Under the pieces are notes generated by a model that was not told the origin of the DNA, did not search any database, and worked only from the letters and a program-made list of their open reading frames with translations. From Macrostomum lignano (Eukaryota): 64,000 nt of DNA. Position 1 is the stretch's first letter, and the number at the start of each line of letters is the position of its first letter. A program made the translations under genes and the position numbers. The stretch covers positions 62,001-126,000 of the forward strand of contig NIVC01001689.1 of assembly GCA_002269645.1 (NCBI GenBank), read 5' to 3'. Positions 22,301-55,800 of this stretch are shown piece by piece.

Positions 22301-25300
22301 TAGATTTGAGGCAGTGCCATTGGATTTGAGGGAGTGCCATTGGATTTGAGGGAGTGCCATTGGATTTGAGGGAGTGCCATTGGATTTGAGGGAGTGTCAT
22401 TGGATTTGAGGCAGTGCCATTTGATTTGAGGGAGTGCCATTATATTTGACGGAGTGCCATTTTATTTCACAGAGGGCCATTAGATTTGAGGCAGTGCCAT
22501 TTGATTTGAGGCAGTGCCATTGGATTTGAGGGAGTGCCATTAGATTTGAGGGAGTGCCATTGAATTTGAGGCAGTGCCATTGGATTTGAAGGAGTGCCAT
22601 TGAATTTGAGGGAGTGCCATTGAATTTGAGGCAGTGCCATTGGATTTGAGGGAGTGCCATTGGATTTGAGGGAGTGCCATTGGATTTGAGGCAGTGCCAT
22701 TTGATTTGACGGAGTGCCATTTTATTTGACAGAGGGCCATTTGATTTGAGGCAGTGCCATTTGATTTGAGGCAGTGCCATTGGATTTGAGGGAGTGCCAT
22801 TGGATTTGAGGTAGTGCCATTGGATTTGAGGGAGTGCAATTATATTTGATGGAGTGCCATTTGATTTGAGGCAGTGCCATTTGATTTGAGGCAGTGCCAT
22901 TGGATTTGAGGCAGTGCCATTGGATTTGAGGGAGTGCCATTATATTTGAAGGAGTGCCATTTTATTTCACAGAGGGCCATTTGATTTGAGGCAGTGCCAT
23001 TTGATTTGAGGCAGTGCCATTTGATTTGAGGGAGTGCCATTATATTTGACGGAATGCCATTTTATTCGACAGAGGGCCATTTGATTTGAGGCAGTGCCAT
23101 TTGATTTAAGGCAGTGCCATTGGATTTGAGGGAGTGCCATTGAATTTGAGGCAGTGCCATTGGATTTGAGGCAGTGCCATTTGATTTGAGGGAGTGCCAT
23201 TTTATTCGAGGCGGTGCCATTTGATTTGAGGCAGTGCCATTTGGTTTAAGGCAGTGTCATTGGATTTGAGGCAGTGCCATTGGATTTGAGGGAGTGCCAT
23301 TGGATTTGAGGCAGTGCCATTGGATTTGAGGCGGTGCCATTTGATTTGAGGCAGTGCCATTTGATTTGAAAGGAAACTGCCATTTTATTTGACAGAGGGC
23401 CATTTGATTTGAGGCAGTGCCATTGGATTTGAGGCGGTGCCATTTGATTTGAGGCAGTGCCATTTGATTTGAAAGGAAACTGCCATTTTATTTGACAGAG
23501 GGCCATTTGATTTGAGGCAGTGCCATTGGATTTGAGGGAGTGCCATTGAATTTGAGGCAGTGCCATTGGATTTGAGGGAGTGCCATTGAATTTGAGGGAG
23601 TGCCATTGAATTTGAGGCAGTGCCATTGGATTTGAGGGAGTGCCATTGGATTTGAGGGAGTGCCATTATATTTGACGGAGTGCCATTTTATTTCACAGAG
23701 GGCCATTTGATTTGAGGGAGTGCCATTTGATTTGAGGCAGTGCCATTTGATTTGAGGGAGTGCCATTATATTTGACGGAATGCCATTTTATTCGACAGAT
23801 GGCCATTTGATTTGAGGCAGTGCCATTTGATTTAAGGCAGTGCCATTGGATTTGAGGGAGTGCCATTGAATTTGAGGCAGTGCCATTGGATTTGAGGCAG
23901 TGCCATTGGATTTGAGGGAGTGCCATTGGATTTGAGGCAGTGCCATTGGATTTGAGGGAGTGCCATTGGATTTGAGGGAGTGCCATTGGATTTGAGGCAG
24001 TGCCATTTGATTTGAGGGAGTGCCATTATATTTGACGGAGTGCCATTTTATTTCACAGAGGGCCATTTGATTTGAGGCAGTGCCATTTGATTTGAGGCAG
24101 TGCCATTGGATTTGAGGGAGTGCCATTAGATTTGAGGGAGTGCCATTGGATTTGAGGGAGTGCCATTAGATTTGAGGGAGTGCCATTGAATTTGAGGCAG
24201 TGCCATTGGATTTGAAGGAGTGCCATTGAATTTGAGGGAGTGCCATTGAATTTGAGGCAGTGCCATTGGATTTGAGGGAGTGCCATTGGATTTGAGGGAG
24301 TGCCATTGGATTTGAGGCAGTGCCATTTGATTTGACGGAGTGCCATTTTATTTGACAGAGGGCCATTTGATTTGAGGCAGTGCCATTTGATTTGAGGCAG
24401 TGCCATTGGATTTGAGGGAGTGCCATTAGATTTGAGGCAGTGCCATTGGATTTGAGGGAGTGCCATTGGATTAGAGGGAGTGCCATTGGATTTGAGGGAG
24501 TGCCATTAGATTTGAGGCAGTGCCATTGGATTTGAGGGAGTGCCATTGGATTTGAGGGAGTGCCATTGGATTTGAGGGAGTGCCATTGGATTTGAGGGAG
24601 TGCCATTGGATTTGAGGGAGTGCCATTGGATTTGAGGGAGTGCCATTGGATTTGAGGGAGTGCCATTGGATTTGAGGGAGTGCCATTAGATTTGAGGCAG
24701 TGCCATTGGATTTGAGGCAGTGCCATTGGATTTGAGGGAGTGCCATTGGATTTGAGGGAGTGCCATTGGATTTGAGGGAGTGCCATTGGATTTGAGGGAG
24801 TGCCATTGGATTTGAGGGAGTGCCATTGGATTTGAGGGAGTGCCATTGGATTTGAGGCAGTGCCATTGGATTTGAGGGAGTGCCATTGGATTTGAGGCAG
24901 TGCCATTGGATTTGAGGGAGTGCCATTAGATTTGAGGCAGTGCCATTAAATTTGAGGGAGTGCCATTGGATTTGAGGGAGTGCCATTGGATTTGAGGGAG
25001 TGCCATTGGATTTGAGGGAGTGTCATTGGATTTGAGGCAGTGCCATTTGATTTGAGGGAGTGCCATTATATTTGACGGAGTGCCATTTTATTTCACAGAG
25101 GGCCATTAGATTTGAGGCAGTGCCATTTGATTTGAGGCAGTGCCATTGGATTTGAGGGAGTGCCATTAGATTTGAGGGAGTGCCATTGAATTTGAGGCAG
25201 TGCCATTGGATTTGAAGGAGTGCCATTGAATTTGAGGGAGTGCCATTGAATTTGAGGCAGTGCCATTGGATTTGAGGGAGTGCCATTGGATTTGAGGGAG

Positions 25301-26852
25301 TGCCATTGGATTTGAGACAGTGCCATTTGATTTGACGGAGTGCCATTTTATTTGACAGAGGGCCATTTGATTTGAGGCAGTGCCATTTGATTTGAGGCAG
25401 TGCCATTGGATTTGAGGGAGTGCCATTGGATTTGAGGTAGTGCCATTGGATTTGAGGGAGTGCAATTATATTTGATGGAGTGCCATTTGATTTGAGGCAG
25501 TGCCATTTGATTTGAGGCAGTGCCATTGGATTTGAGGCAGTGCCATTGGATTTGAGGGAGTGCCATTATATTTGAAGGAGTGCCATTTTATTTCACAGAG
25601 GGCCATTTGATTTGAGGCAGTGCCATTTGATTTGAGGCAGTGCCATTTGATTTGAGGGAGTGCCATTATATTTGACGGAATGCCATTTTATTCGACAGAG
25701 GGCCATTTGATTTGAGGCAGTGCCATTTGATTTAAGGCAGTGCCATTGGATTTGAGGGAGTGCCATTGAATTTGAGGCAGTGCCATTGGATTTGAGGCAG
25801 TGCCATTTGATTTGAGGGAGTGCCATTTTATTTGACAGAGGGCCATTTGATTTGAGGCAGTTCCATTAGATTTGAGGGAGTGCCATTGGATTTGAGGCAG
25901 TGCCATTTGATTTGAGGCAGTGCCATTTGATTTGAGGGAGTGCCATTTTATTCGACAGAGGGCCATTTGATTTGAGGCAGTGCCATTAGATTTGAGGCAG
26001 TGCCATTGGATTTGAGGCAGTGCCATTGGGTTTGAGGGAGTGCCATTGGATTTGAGGGAGTGCCATTGGATTTGAGGGAGTGCCATTGGATTTGAGGGAG
26101 TGCCATTAGATTTGAGGCAGTGCCATTGGATTTGAGGGAGTGCCATTGGATTTGAGGGAGTGCCATTGGATTTGAGGGAGTGCCATTAGATTTGAGGCAG
26201 TGCCATTGGATTTGAGGGAGTGCCATTGGATTTGAGGCAGTGCCATTGGATTTGAGGGAGTGCCATTGGATTTGAGGGAGTGCCATTGGATTTGAGGGAG
26301 TGCCATTAGATTTGAGGGAGTGCCATTAGATTTGAGGCAGTGCCATTGGATTTGAGGCAGTGCCATTGGATTTGAGGGAGTGCCATTGGATTTGAGGGAG
26401 TGCCATTGGATTTGAGGGAGTGCCATTGGATTTGAGGGAGTGCCATTGGATTTGAGGGAGTGCCATTGGATTTGAGGCAGGGCCATTGGATTTGAGGGAG
26501 TGCCATTGGATTTGAGGCAGTGCTATTGGATTTGAGGGAGTGCCATTAGATTTGAGGCAGTGCCATTGGATTTGAGGGAGTGCCATTGGATTTGAGGGAG
26601 TGCCATTGGATTTGAGGGAGTGCCATTAGATTTGAGGCAGTGCCATTGGATTTGAGGCAGTGCCATTTGATTTGAGGCAGTGCCATTGGATTTGAGGGAG
26701 TGCCATTGGATTTGAGGGAGTGCCATTGGATTTGAGGCAGTGCCATTGGATTTGAGGGAGTGCCATTGGATTTGAGGGAGTGCCATTAGATTTGAGGCAG
26801 TGCCATTGGATTTGAGGCAGTGCCATTGGATTTGAGGCAGTGCCATTGGATT
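19341..26852. repeat. 7.5-kb 20-bp satellite with 2.6-2.7-kb higher-order period
   Basis: (tgccattggatttgagg[g/c]ag)n; diagnostic variants recur at offsets 2706 and 2626. Confidence 0.98.
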
Positions 26853-27603
26853 TTTTTGATGTCGAGTACAATAGAAAACTCTAAGAAGGTGAAAGAGAAT
26901 TCTACTTTTTATCAAAATAAGCTAGCGAAGCTCGCCGAGCGCAAAAAGTTGGAAAAAAAGATCACACGTCAAGCGGTTTTGCATTCGTCATTTGTATTTC
27001 AATGGAACCGAAGATTATAAAAATGATTGCCCAGCGCACACACAAAAAGCCTTTAAGCGCAATGACCGAAACCGAGAGCATCATAGACGGGGTGGGGGTA
27101 CCAACAGCAATTATTTTGGTCGTATTGAAGTCGATGGGCAAAAATGCATCATTATTAGTAATAATAAATAATAAATAAGCCAGGGACACATGCTGGGGAG
27201 ACGCCGCGTCAAAAAATTCAAGCTAAAGCAAACAATTTTCATTTCCCATTGACTCAATTTGGCCAGGTCCGGAATAACAGGTGAGACTCGAATTTCAAAA
27301 ATGCTAATTCCGAATCGCTAAACACTTGATACCATAGTTACTGGAATAATAAGATCTGTCACTCGCAAAAATGCGTTTTAGCTTTAAGATAGAAATTTAA
27401 AAACATTTGCTTATCAAGATGTTTGAAGCTTTTAAAGTTGGAACAATCGCTTCTTCTGGCTTTCTAAAAGCAGACCCATTAAATTAGCATCTTCACTCTG
27501 TTTGAAGCTGCACCCAAATCCAGTGCGTGTGCATTAGTGAGCAAGAGAGAAAAGGGTGGTGCCGCAGGCCCCAGCCAGATAAACAGTTGGCTTTCCGCTT
27601 GCC

Positions 27604-27835
27604 CTCTCCTTACTGCTCTCTCATTGGCTGAGCCAGATTGGGAGGCCTGTCCCCCCCCCCCTACCCAGGCAGCGTTTCGTCCGTCTAACTTTGACCTCTC
27701 TCCTTACTGCTCTCTCATTGGTTGAGCCAGATGGGCCTGTCCCCCCCCCTACCCAGGCAGCGTTTCGTCCGTCTAACTTTGACCTCTCTCCTTACTACTC
27801 TCTCATTGGCTGAGCCAGATTGGGCCTGCCCCTAG
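27604..27835. repeat. About 90-bp tandem repeat, 2.6 copies
   Basis: ctctccttactgctctctcattggctgagccagat... at 27604, 27698, 27786. Confidence 0.85.
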
Positions 27836-28420
27836 GCTGAATTTCATCCTCTTGCATTCACTTGTGTACATCGTCGAGTTAAAAGCTTGCTGTTTATTCT
27901 TAACCCCATATGCTCCTGAGGCTGCAAACCCCAAGGAAAAAAGGAAATTTTAGCTGCCACATTAATTTTAAGTGACACTGCGCAAACAAACTACTGAGAA
28001 AATGAGTAGACGCTCTGCTAATCAAAACTTTAATTGCGAGTGATGTACCTAGTTACTGCAGCATATGCCTGATACAAATGAAAACTTAGCCGCATGAAAA
28101 ATGCTTAGTAAAACAAAAAATTGTTGCTCAAATTTAAACGCTAAACATTATAAAGTTTAAACAAAGAATTCAATTTATTGAATTATAAAAAACGCGAAAT
28201 ACGAGCTATTATTAATAATAAAACAATGAATATATTAAACATTAAAACACGCAAGAATTTTGCGCTACAGTTTAACTCCTGTCATTATTTTTGTATTGAC
28301 CAATTTTAAAACAATAAAAGCAACAAAAACGCACAAACCAATGCTACGCTGAAACCGTCAAGTTGATTTTGTAACAAAATTTTCATCAGTAAGCAATACG
28401 CTTCGGCACTGGAGGCCTCC

Positions 28421-51211
<22,791 letters not shown>

Positions 51212-51299
51212 GCATAGCAGACAGGAGCAGCTGTGGGTGGGCTGGGGCAGCTCGGAACTTCATGAAGTCCTGTTACTAATCTGCGAGCGTATTTATCTG

Positions 51300-51730
51300 A
51301 GTGGCTGCTCAGTCTGAGGGTCTGGGAGGCTGGCTGCTCAGTCTGAGGATCTGGGAGGCTGGCTGCTCAGTCTGAGGATCTGGGAGACTGGCTTCTCAGT
51401 CTGAGAATCTGGGAAGCTGGCTGTTCAGTCTGGGGATCTGGGAGACTGGCTTCTCAGTCTGAGGATCTGGGAGGCTGGCTGCTCAGTCTGAGTGTCTGGG
51501 AGGCTGGCTGCTCAGTCTGAGTGTCTGGGAGGCTGGCTGCTCAGTCTGAGTGTCTGGGTGGCTGGATGCTCAGTCTGAGGATCTGGGAGGCTGACTGCTC
51601 AGTCTGTGTCTGGGAGGCTGGTTGCTCAGTCTGAGGATCTGGGAGGCTGGCTGCTCGATCTGAGTGTCTGGGAGGCTGGCTGCTCAGTCTGAGTGTCTGG
51701 GAGGCTGGCTGCTCAATGTGAGGATCAGGA
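51300..51730. repeat. 29-bp minisatellite in the MSL1-like to CAD spacer
   Basis: (ctgggaggctggctgctcagtctgaggat)n. Confidence 0.95.
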
Positions 51731-52835
51731 GGGTTAGGGCTTATTAGCGCATTAATAATCCCCCAAAGAAATAAACCCCAGAATGCACAAAAAGACGTAG
51801 GCAGAGATGAAATTACACAACTTTCACATTTAATTTACGTTTCCGCCTTTTTAACACAGGCAAGCCAGCTAATAATTAGATTAGTGAGAAATAGTCTAAC
51901 AGACATGACAGATAAAGAGATGAAAAGCATTCTTGAATTTGCAATTATGAGGATTACAGATGGGGGACAATCGGTGGTGGGACAGTTTCAAATAGAAGTG
52001 CGGGAGAGAAACCGATTTAGCAGCAGGGCTATTAATAATAAAAATATATGCGTGTGAAACACAAATAAATCAGTATGCAACCTAGCGAAAAACTGGAAAT
52101 TTATATATAATATATATATCTGTAATACGTATGTGTGGCAAACACACACGGACACAGAATAAGCCGCATGCACGCAGATGACAGCTAGAAGCGGGGGGAG
52201 GGCACTACTGACAGTTGAGGAACGGCAGGGTGCAGACATGCCGGAAAGCAAAAAAGTACGCGCGCGTGCGCAACAAGCCGCATAGCAACTGGCAGCAGAC
52301 GAAGACTCCGACGGAGCAGAGCTGACTGCCACCTGTTAGGCCGCTTAAAGCAGTTCGCGGTCTCGGCTTTATAACAAAAGCAAACAAATAAACAAAATAA
52401 AACAGAGGACAAAGGATGACACTGTGCACTAACTAACAGTAACAATAATTTGATAGGAAATAACAATTTCAGAGAGGCAGCTACGGGGCAGGCAGAGTAA
52501 ACTATACAACACCGGCTTGTAGCAATTATCGGGGAGGGTGTCTAAAGAATCCAGATTGAAATACAAATACTACTGCTAGTAGAGCAACAAATTGCAATTC
52601 TCTCTGATTAATTGATAACCAAATAGAAAGTAAAATTTGCCGCCTATAACTTACTGACAATCATCAGCAACTGGGAATATTAACAGGCAATTGTCATTTT
52701 ATACCGTGCTGTGAGGATACGCAGTCTGAAGCTCACTGTTCTCAAAACACACAGCTGGGTGCCTCGGCCCAGACCACAGCAGTCCGTAAACAACTGCGAG
52801 TCTTTGTTCGACTACTCGGTTCAAATGAGCCGGCA

Positions 52836-53067
52836 TTAACGCCTAACGGCGCTCTGAAGCTGACGACGTCCGCGACCTCGACCTCGGCCGCGGCGGCCTG
52901 CCGCGATTGATGAAGTGAGGGACGAGACTGAGGATGAGGACGGGGGCGACTCCGAGACAGCGGCGGCGCCGTCCGTCAGCTTGGCCAGCCTGAGGGCGGA
53001 GGCGATATGGAAAAAGTACATTGCTGAGCTCCAAGGAAATGGGAAGGTCACTGCTCGATCTGAGTGC
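52836..53067 (-). CDS. MSL1: MSL1-like exon 3
   Basis: cctcccag|G gives HSDRAVTFPFPW...RGRGRGR; TAA 52838-52836. Confidence 0.55.
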
Positions 53068-55452
53068 CTGGGAGGCTGGCTGCTCAATCTGAGTGTCTGG
53101 GAGGCTGGCTGCTCAATCTGAGTGTCTGGGAGGCTGGCTGCTCAATCTGAGTGTCTGGGAGGCTGGCTGCTCAATCTGAGTGTCTGGGAGGCTGGCTGCT
53201 CAATCTGAGTGTCTGGGAGGCTGGCTGCTCAATCTGAGTGTCTGGGAGGCTGGCTGCTCAATCTGAGTGTCTGGGAGGCTGGCTGCTCAATCTGAGTGTC
53301 TGGGAGGCTGGCTGCTGAATCTGAGTGTCTGGGAGGCTGGCTGCTCAATCTGAGGATCTGGGAGGCTGGCTGCTCAATCTGAGGATCTGGGAGGCTGGCT
53401 GCTCAATCTGAGTGTCTGGGAGGCTGGCTGCTCAGTCTGAGTGTCTGGGAGGCTGGCTGCTCAGTCTGAGGATCTGGGAGGCTGGCTGCTCAGTCTGAGG
53501 ATCTGGGAATCTGGCTGCTCAGTCTGAGTGTCTGGGAATCTGGCTGCTCAGTCTGAGGATCTGGGATGCTGGCTGCTCAGTCTGTGTCTGGGAGGCTGGT
53601 TGCTCAGTCTGAGGATTTGAGAGGCTGGCTGCTCAGTCTGAGGGTCTGGAAGGCTGGCTGCTCAGTCTGAGAGTCTGGGATGCTGGCTGCTCAGTCTGAG
53701 AGTCTGGAAGGCTTAATCTGAAAATATTTGAGTAAAAAATAGGAAGCGGAAATTCAAAACTTCGCAAACGAACCTCTGGTCAAAGTCGGTCAGCGGCTTG
53801 CCAACCAGTCGCACTTTGGTGTTATCGAGCAGCTCCTTGGTCTCGGAGTCTGCGGCCGCGTCGGCGCCATCAGAGGCGGTCTCAGCCGACTTGCCAGACT
53901 GCTCGGCGGCAGCCACAGCGGCGGCGGCGTTGGCGGCCCGCTGGAGCGCCTTCTGCTTGAGTCTGTCGTAGTAAGCTCGCTCCCGCTGCGCCCGCAGGTC
54001 CCACAGCTTTCGCCGGCGCTCGTCGGCCTCCTGACGGGTGTGCAGGGATTCGTAGTGCTTGTCGGACAGGTCCTCGGTGCCCTCCAGCTTGTAGGTGGCT
54101 TTGGTTGGCGGGCAAATTCGCCAGGATGGAGTCTCGATTGACACCTGGACTGAGGCTGCTTGGGGGGGGATTGTTAGTTTACACAGAGATTTGATTTACC
54201 AAGAGCCTGGTTGCTAATTTTGAGTCTCTAGAAAAGATAAAATAAATAATTTTCTACACATTTAAGGCTCAATATGTAAATGCATCAGAATGCTCTGATT
54301 GGTTGGCAGGCGATATGGTTGATATGGATATGATTCGTCTGGATGTGACCACCAGTAATAGAAACTCCCTAGATGTGAAATTGGGCTATATAAGAATAAT
54401 AATTGATTACACCTGCCCCCATGGACAGATGTGCAACCGACAGCTCAGCCGCAGCTATTGCGCGGCGCATCTGAAGGCTGCGTACGGCTGTTCGGTTCAA
54501 GGACTTGGGGAAGGGGGGGAGTCGCCACACATACACTTTCAATTACCCCAGCTAATGCTCAATGCAGAGTTAAGTGCCTTGTTCAAGGACAAATTATTCC
54601 GAGTAGGATTGGGAATCGAACCTCCGACCTTTCAGCCTACTAGGCTACAACCCCCTTGCTATATATTTGAGCCCTACAGTAGTAGCTAACACACTAACTG
54701 GGTAATAAAACTGCTCCCCAGCTTCATTGCCACTCACTGCCGGCGCCGCGAGTCAGTTTAATCCGCTTCTGAGTCGGCTGCCCGCCAAGATTCTGAGCCT
54801 GTTGCTGACGCTGAGGCGTGCGCAGCTGCCGGCCGGGCTGCTGCTGCTCCGCCGGTGCCGACGCCGCCAGAAGCTGCTGCGGCTGCACAGCTGGAAGCAC
54901 AATGGGAAGAGCCGGATACCGCCTAGCCAGAGCAGATTTCTCGTCGTGAATAGACGGCGCAGTCAGGCTGGCCAGCTCGTTGTTGAGCTTCTTGGCTCGC
55001 CTGGTGGCGGCGGCTTTGGCCAGGCGCCTCTGCTTAGCCAGCAGCTTCTGGTGCTTGGACTGCTGCGGTCCCTGCCTGCCAGCCGGCTTGCTGCACAGGG
55101 CGGAGGCCAGCTGGGCCTGCAGCTGGGCGATCTGGGCATCCTTGGCTGCCATGGCCTGCTGCTGGCCCTCCATTATGTCAACGCAGCGGGTGACCAGATC
55201 GCGGAGGCTGCCGCGGGAGCTGTTGAAGTAGGCGGCGGTGGCCGACTGTTGGTGCTGCTGGTGCCGGCCGCCACTGTGCCGCAGGGGGTACAGCGACAGG
55301 GACGAGTCCAGATTCTCCGACAAGCCATTCAGCCGCTCCCAAAGCTGCTTGGCGTTCAAGTCCAGGCTAATCAAGGTGTCCTTGTTGTTGCCAATGGCGT
55401 CGCTGACAACGCGACTTCGCTCATCTTGGCTGGTTGATTCGGCTGAGCCCAT
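52836..55452 (-). CDS. MSL1: PEHE-domain protein, MSL1-like, about 442 aa; exons 55452-54738, 54155(or 54149)-53774, 53067-52836
   Basis: N-terminal predicted coiled coil (IMEGQQQAMAAKDAQIAQLQAQL); PEHE motif IETPSWR..EDLSDKHYESLHTRQEADERRRKLWDLRAQRER; VGKPL...FPFPW tail. KANSL1-type PEHE is not excluded, and the exon 2 and 3 acceptors are inferred from frame. Confidence 0.65.
53060..53715. repeat. 29-bp minisatellite, MSL1-like intron 2
   Basis: (ctgggaggctggctgctcaatctgagtgt)n. Confidence 0.96.
53774..54155 (-). CDS. MSL1: MSL1-like exon 2 (PEHE)
   Basis: PEHE motif; donor AG|GTTCGT. Confidence 0.75.
54540..54660 (+). mobile_element. CORE-SINE-like fragment in MSL1-like intron 1
   Basis: gagttaagtgccttgttcaaggaca...gggaatcgaacc...ctaggctacaacccc. 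Confidence 0.5.
54738..55452 (-). CDS. MSL1: MSL1-like exon 1
   Basis: cctcag|GCATG; donor A|GTGAGT. Confidence 0.7.
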
Positions 55453-55800
55453 GCCTGAGGCAGCTGACACGTGTGCGAAAGCTGGCATGCAGGTGAGTGC
55501 GAGAAATCCAAAATGTATATGAAAATGAAAATATTTGCCTATGGGCATAAACTTGTAGTGAAAAATATTAATATTTGGATATTTTGCTTATAGATAAATA
55601 CATTTCAGATATCTTTCAGCTACATTAGCAATTGGTTTTTGATAACTGTGTATTCTAAATATTAAAGTCTATCTTATCTTAATTATGTCTTTTAGAATAA
55701 TAAGTGTCAATTTTTATATATTTTTGATTGGACTAGGCTAGTTACCAAGAGTACTAGGCTAGTCCTATCAACAAAAAATTAATATCATTAATATTATAAT

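Noticed and set aside
19209-26915. Dozens of MALPQIQWHSLKSNG ORFs
   Set aside because: They are translations of the 20-bp satellite in all three frames, with no unique coding sequence.
26962-27189. 75-aa hydrophobic minus-strand ORF
   Set aside because: AT-rich composition unlike the GC-rich exons of this window, and no recognisable domain.
54413-54487. Possible 75-nt phase-1/phase-1 cassette exon in MSL1-like intron 1
   Set aside because: It is open and symmetric, but the acceptor (gaacag) and donor (GTGTAA) are weak and it is not needed for the frame; only cDNA could support it.
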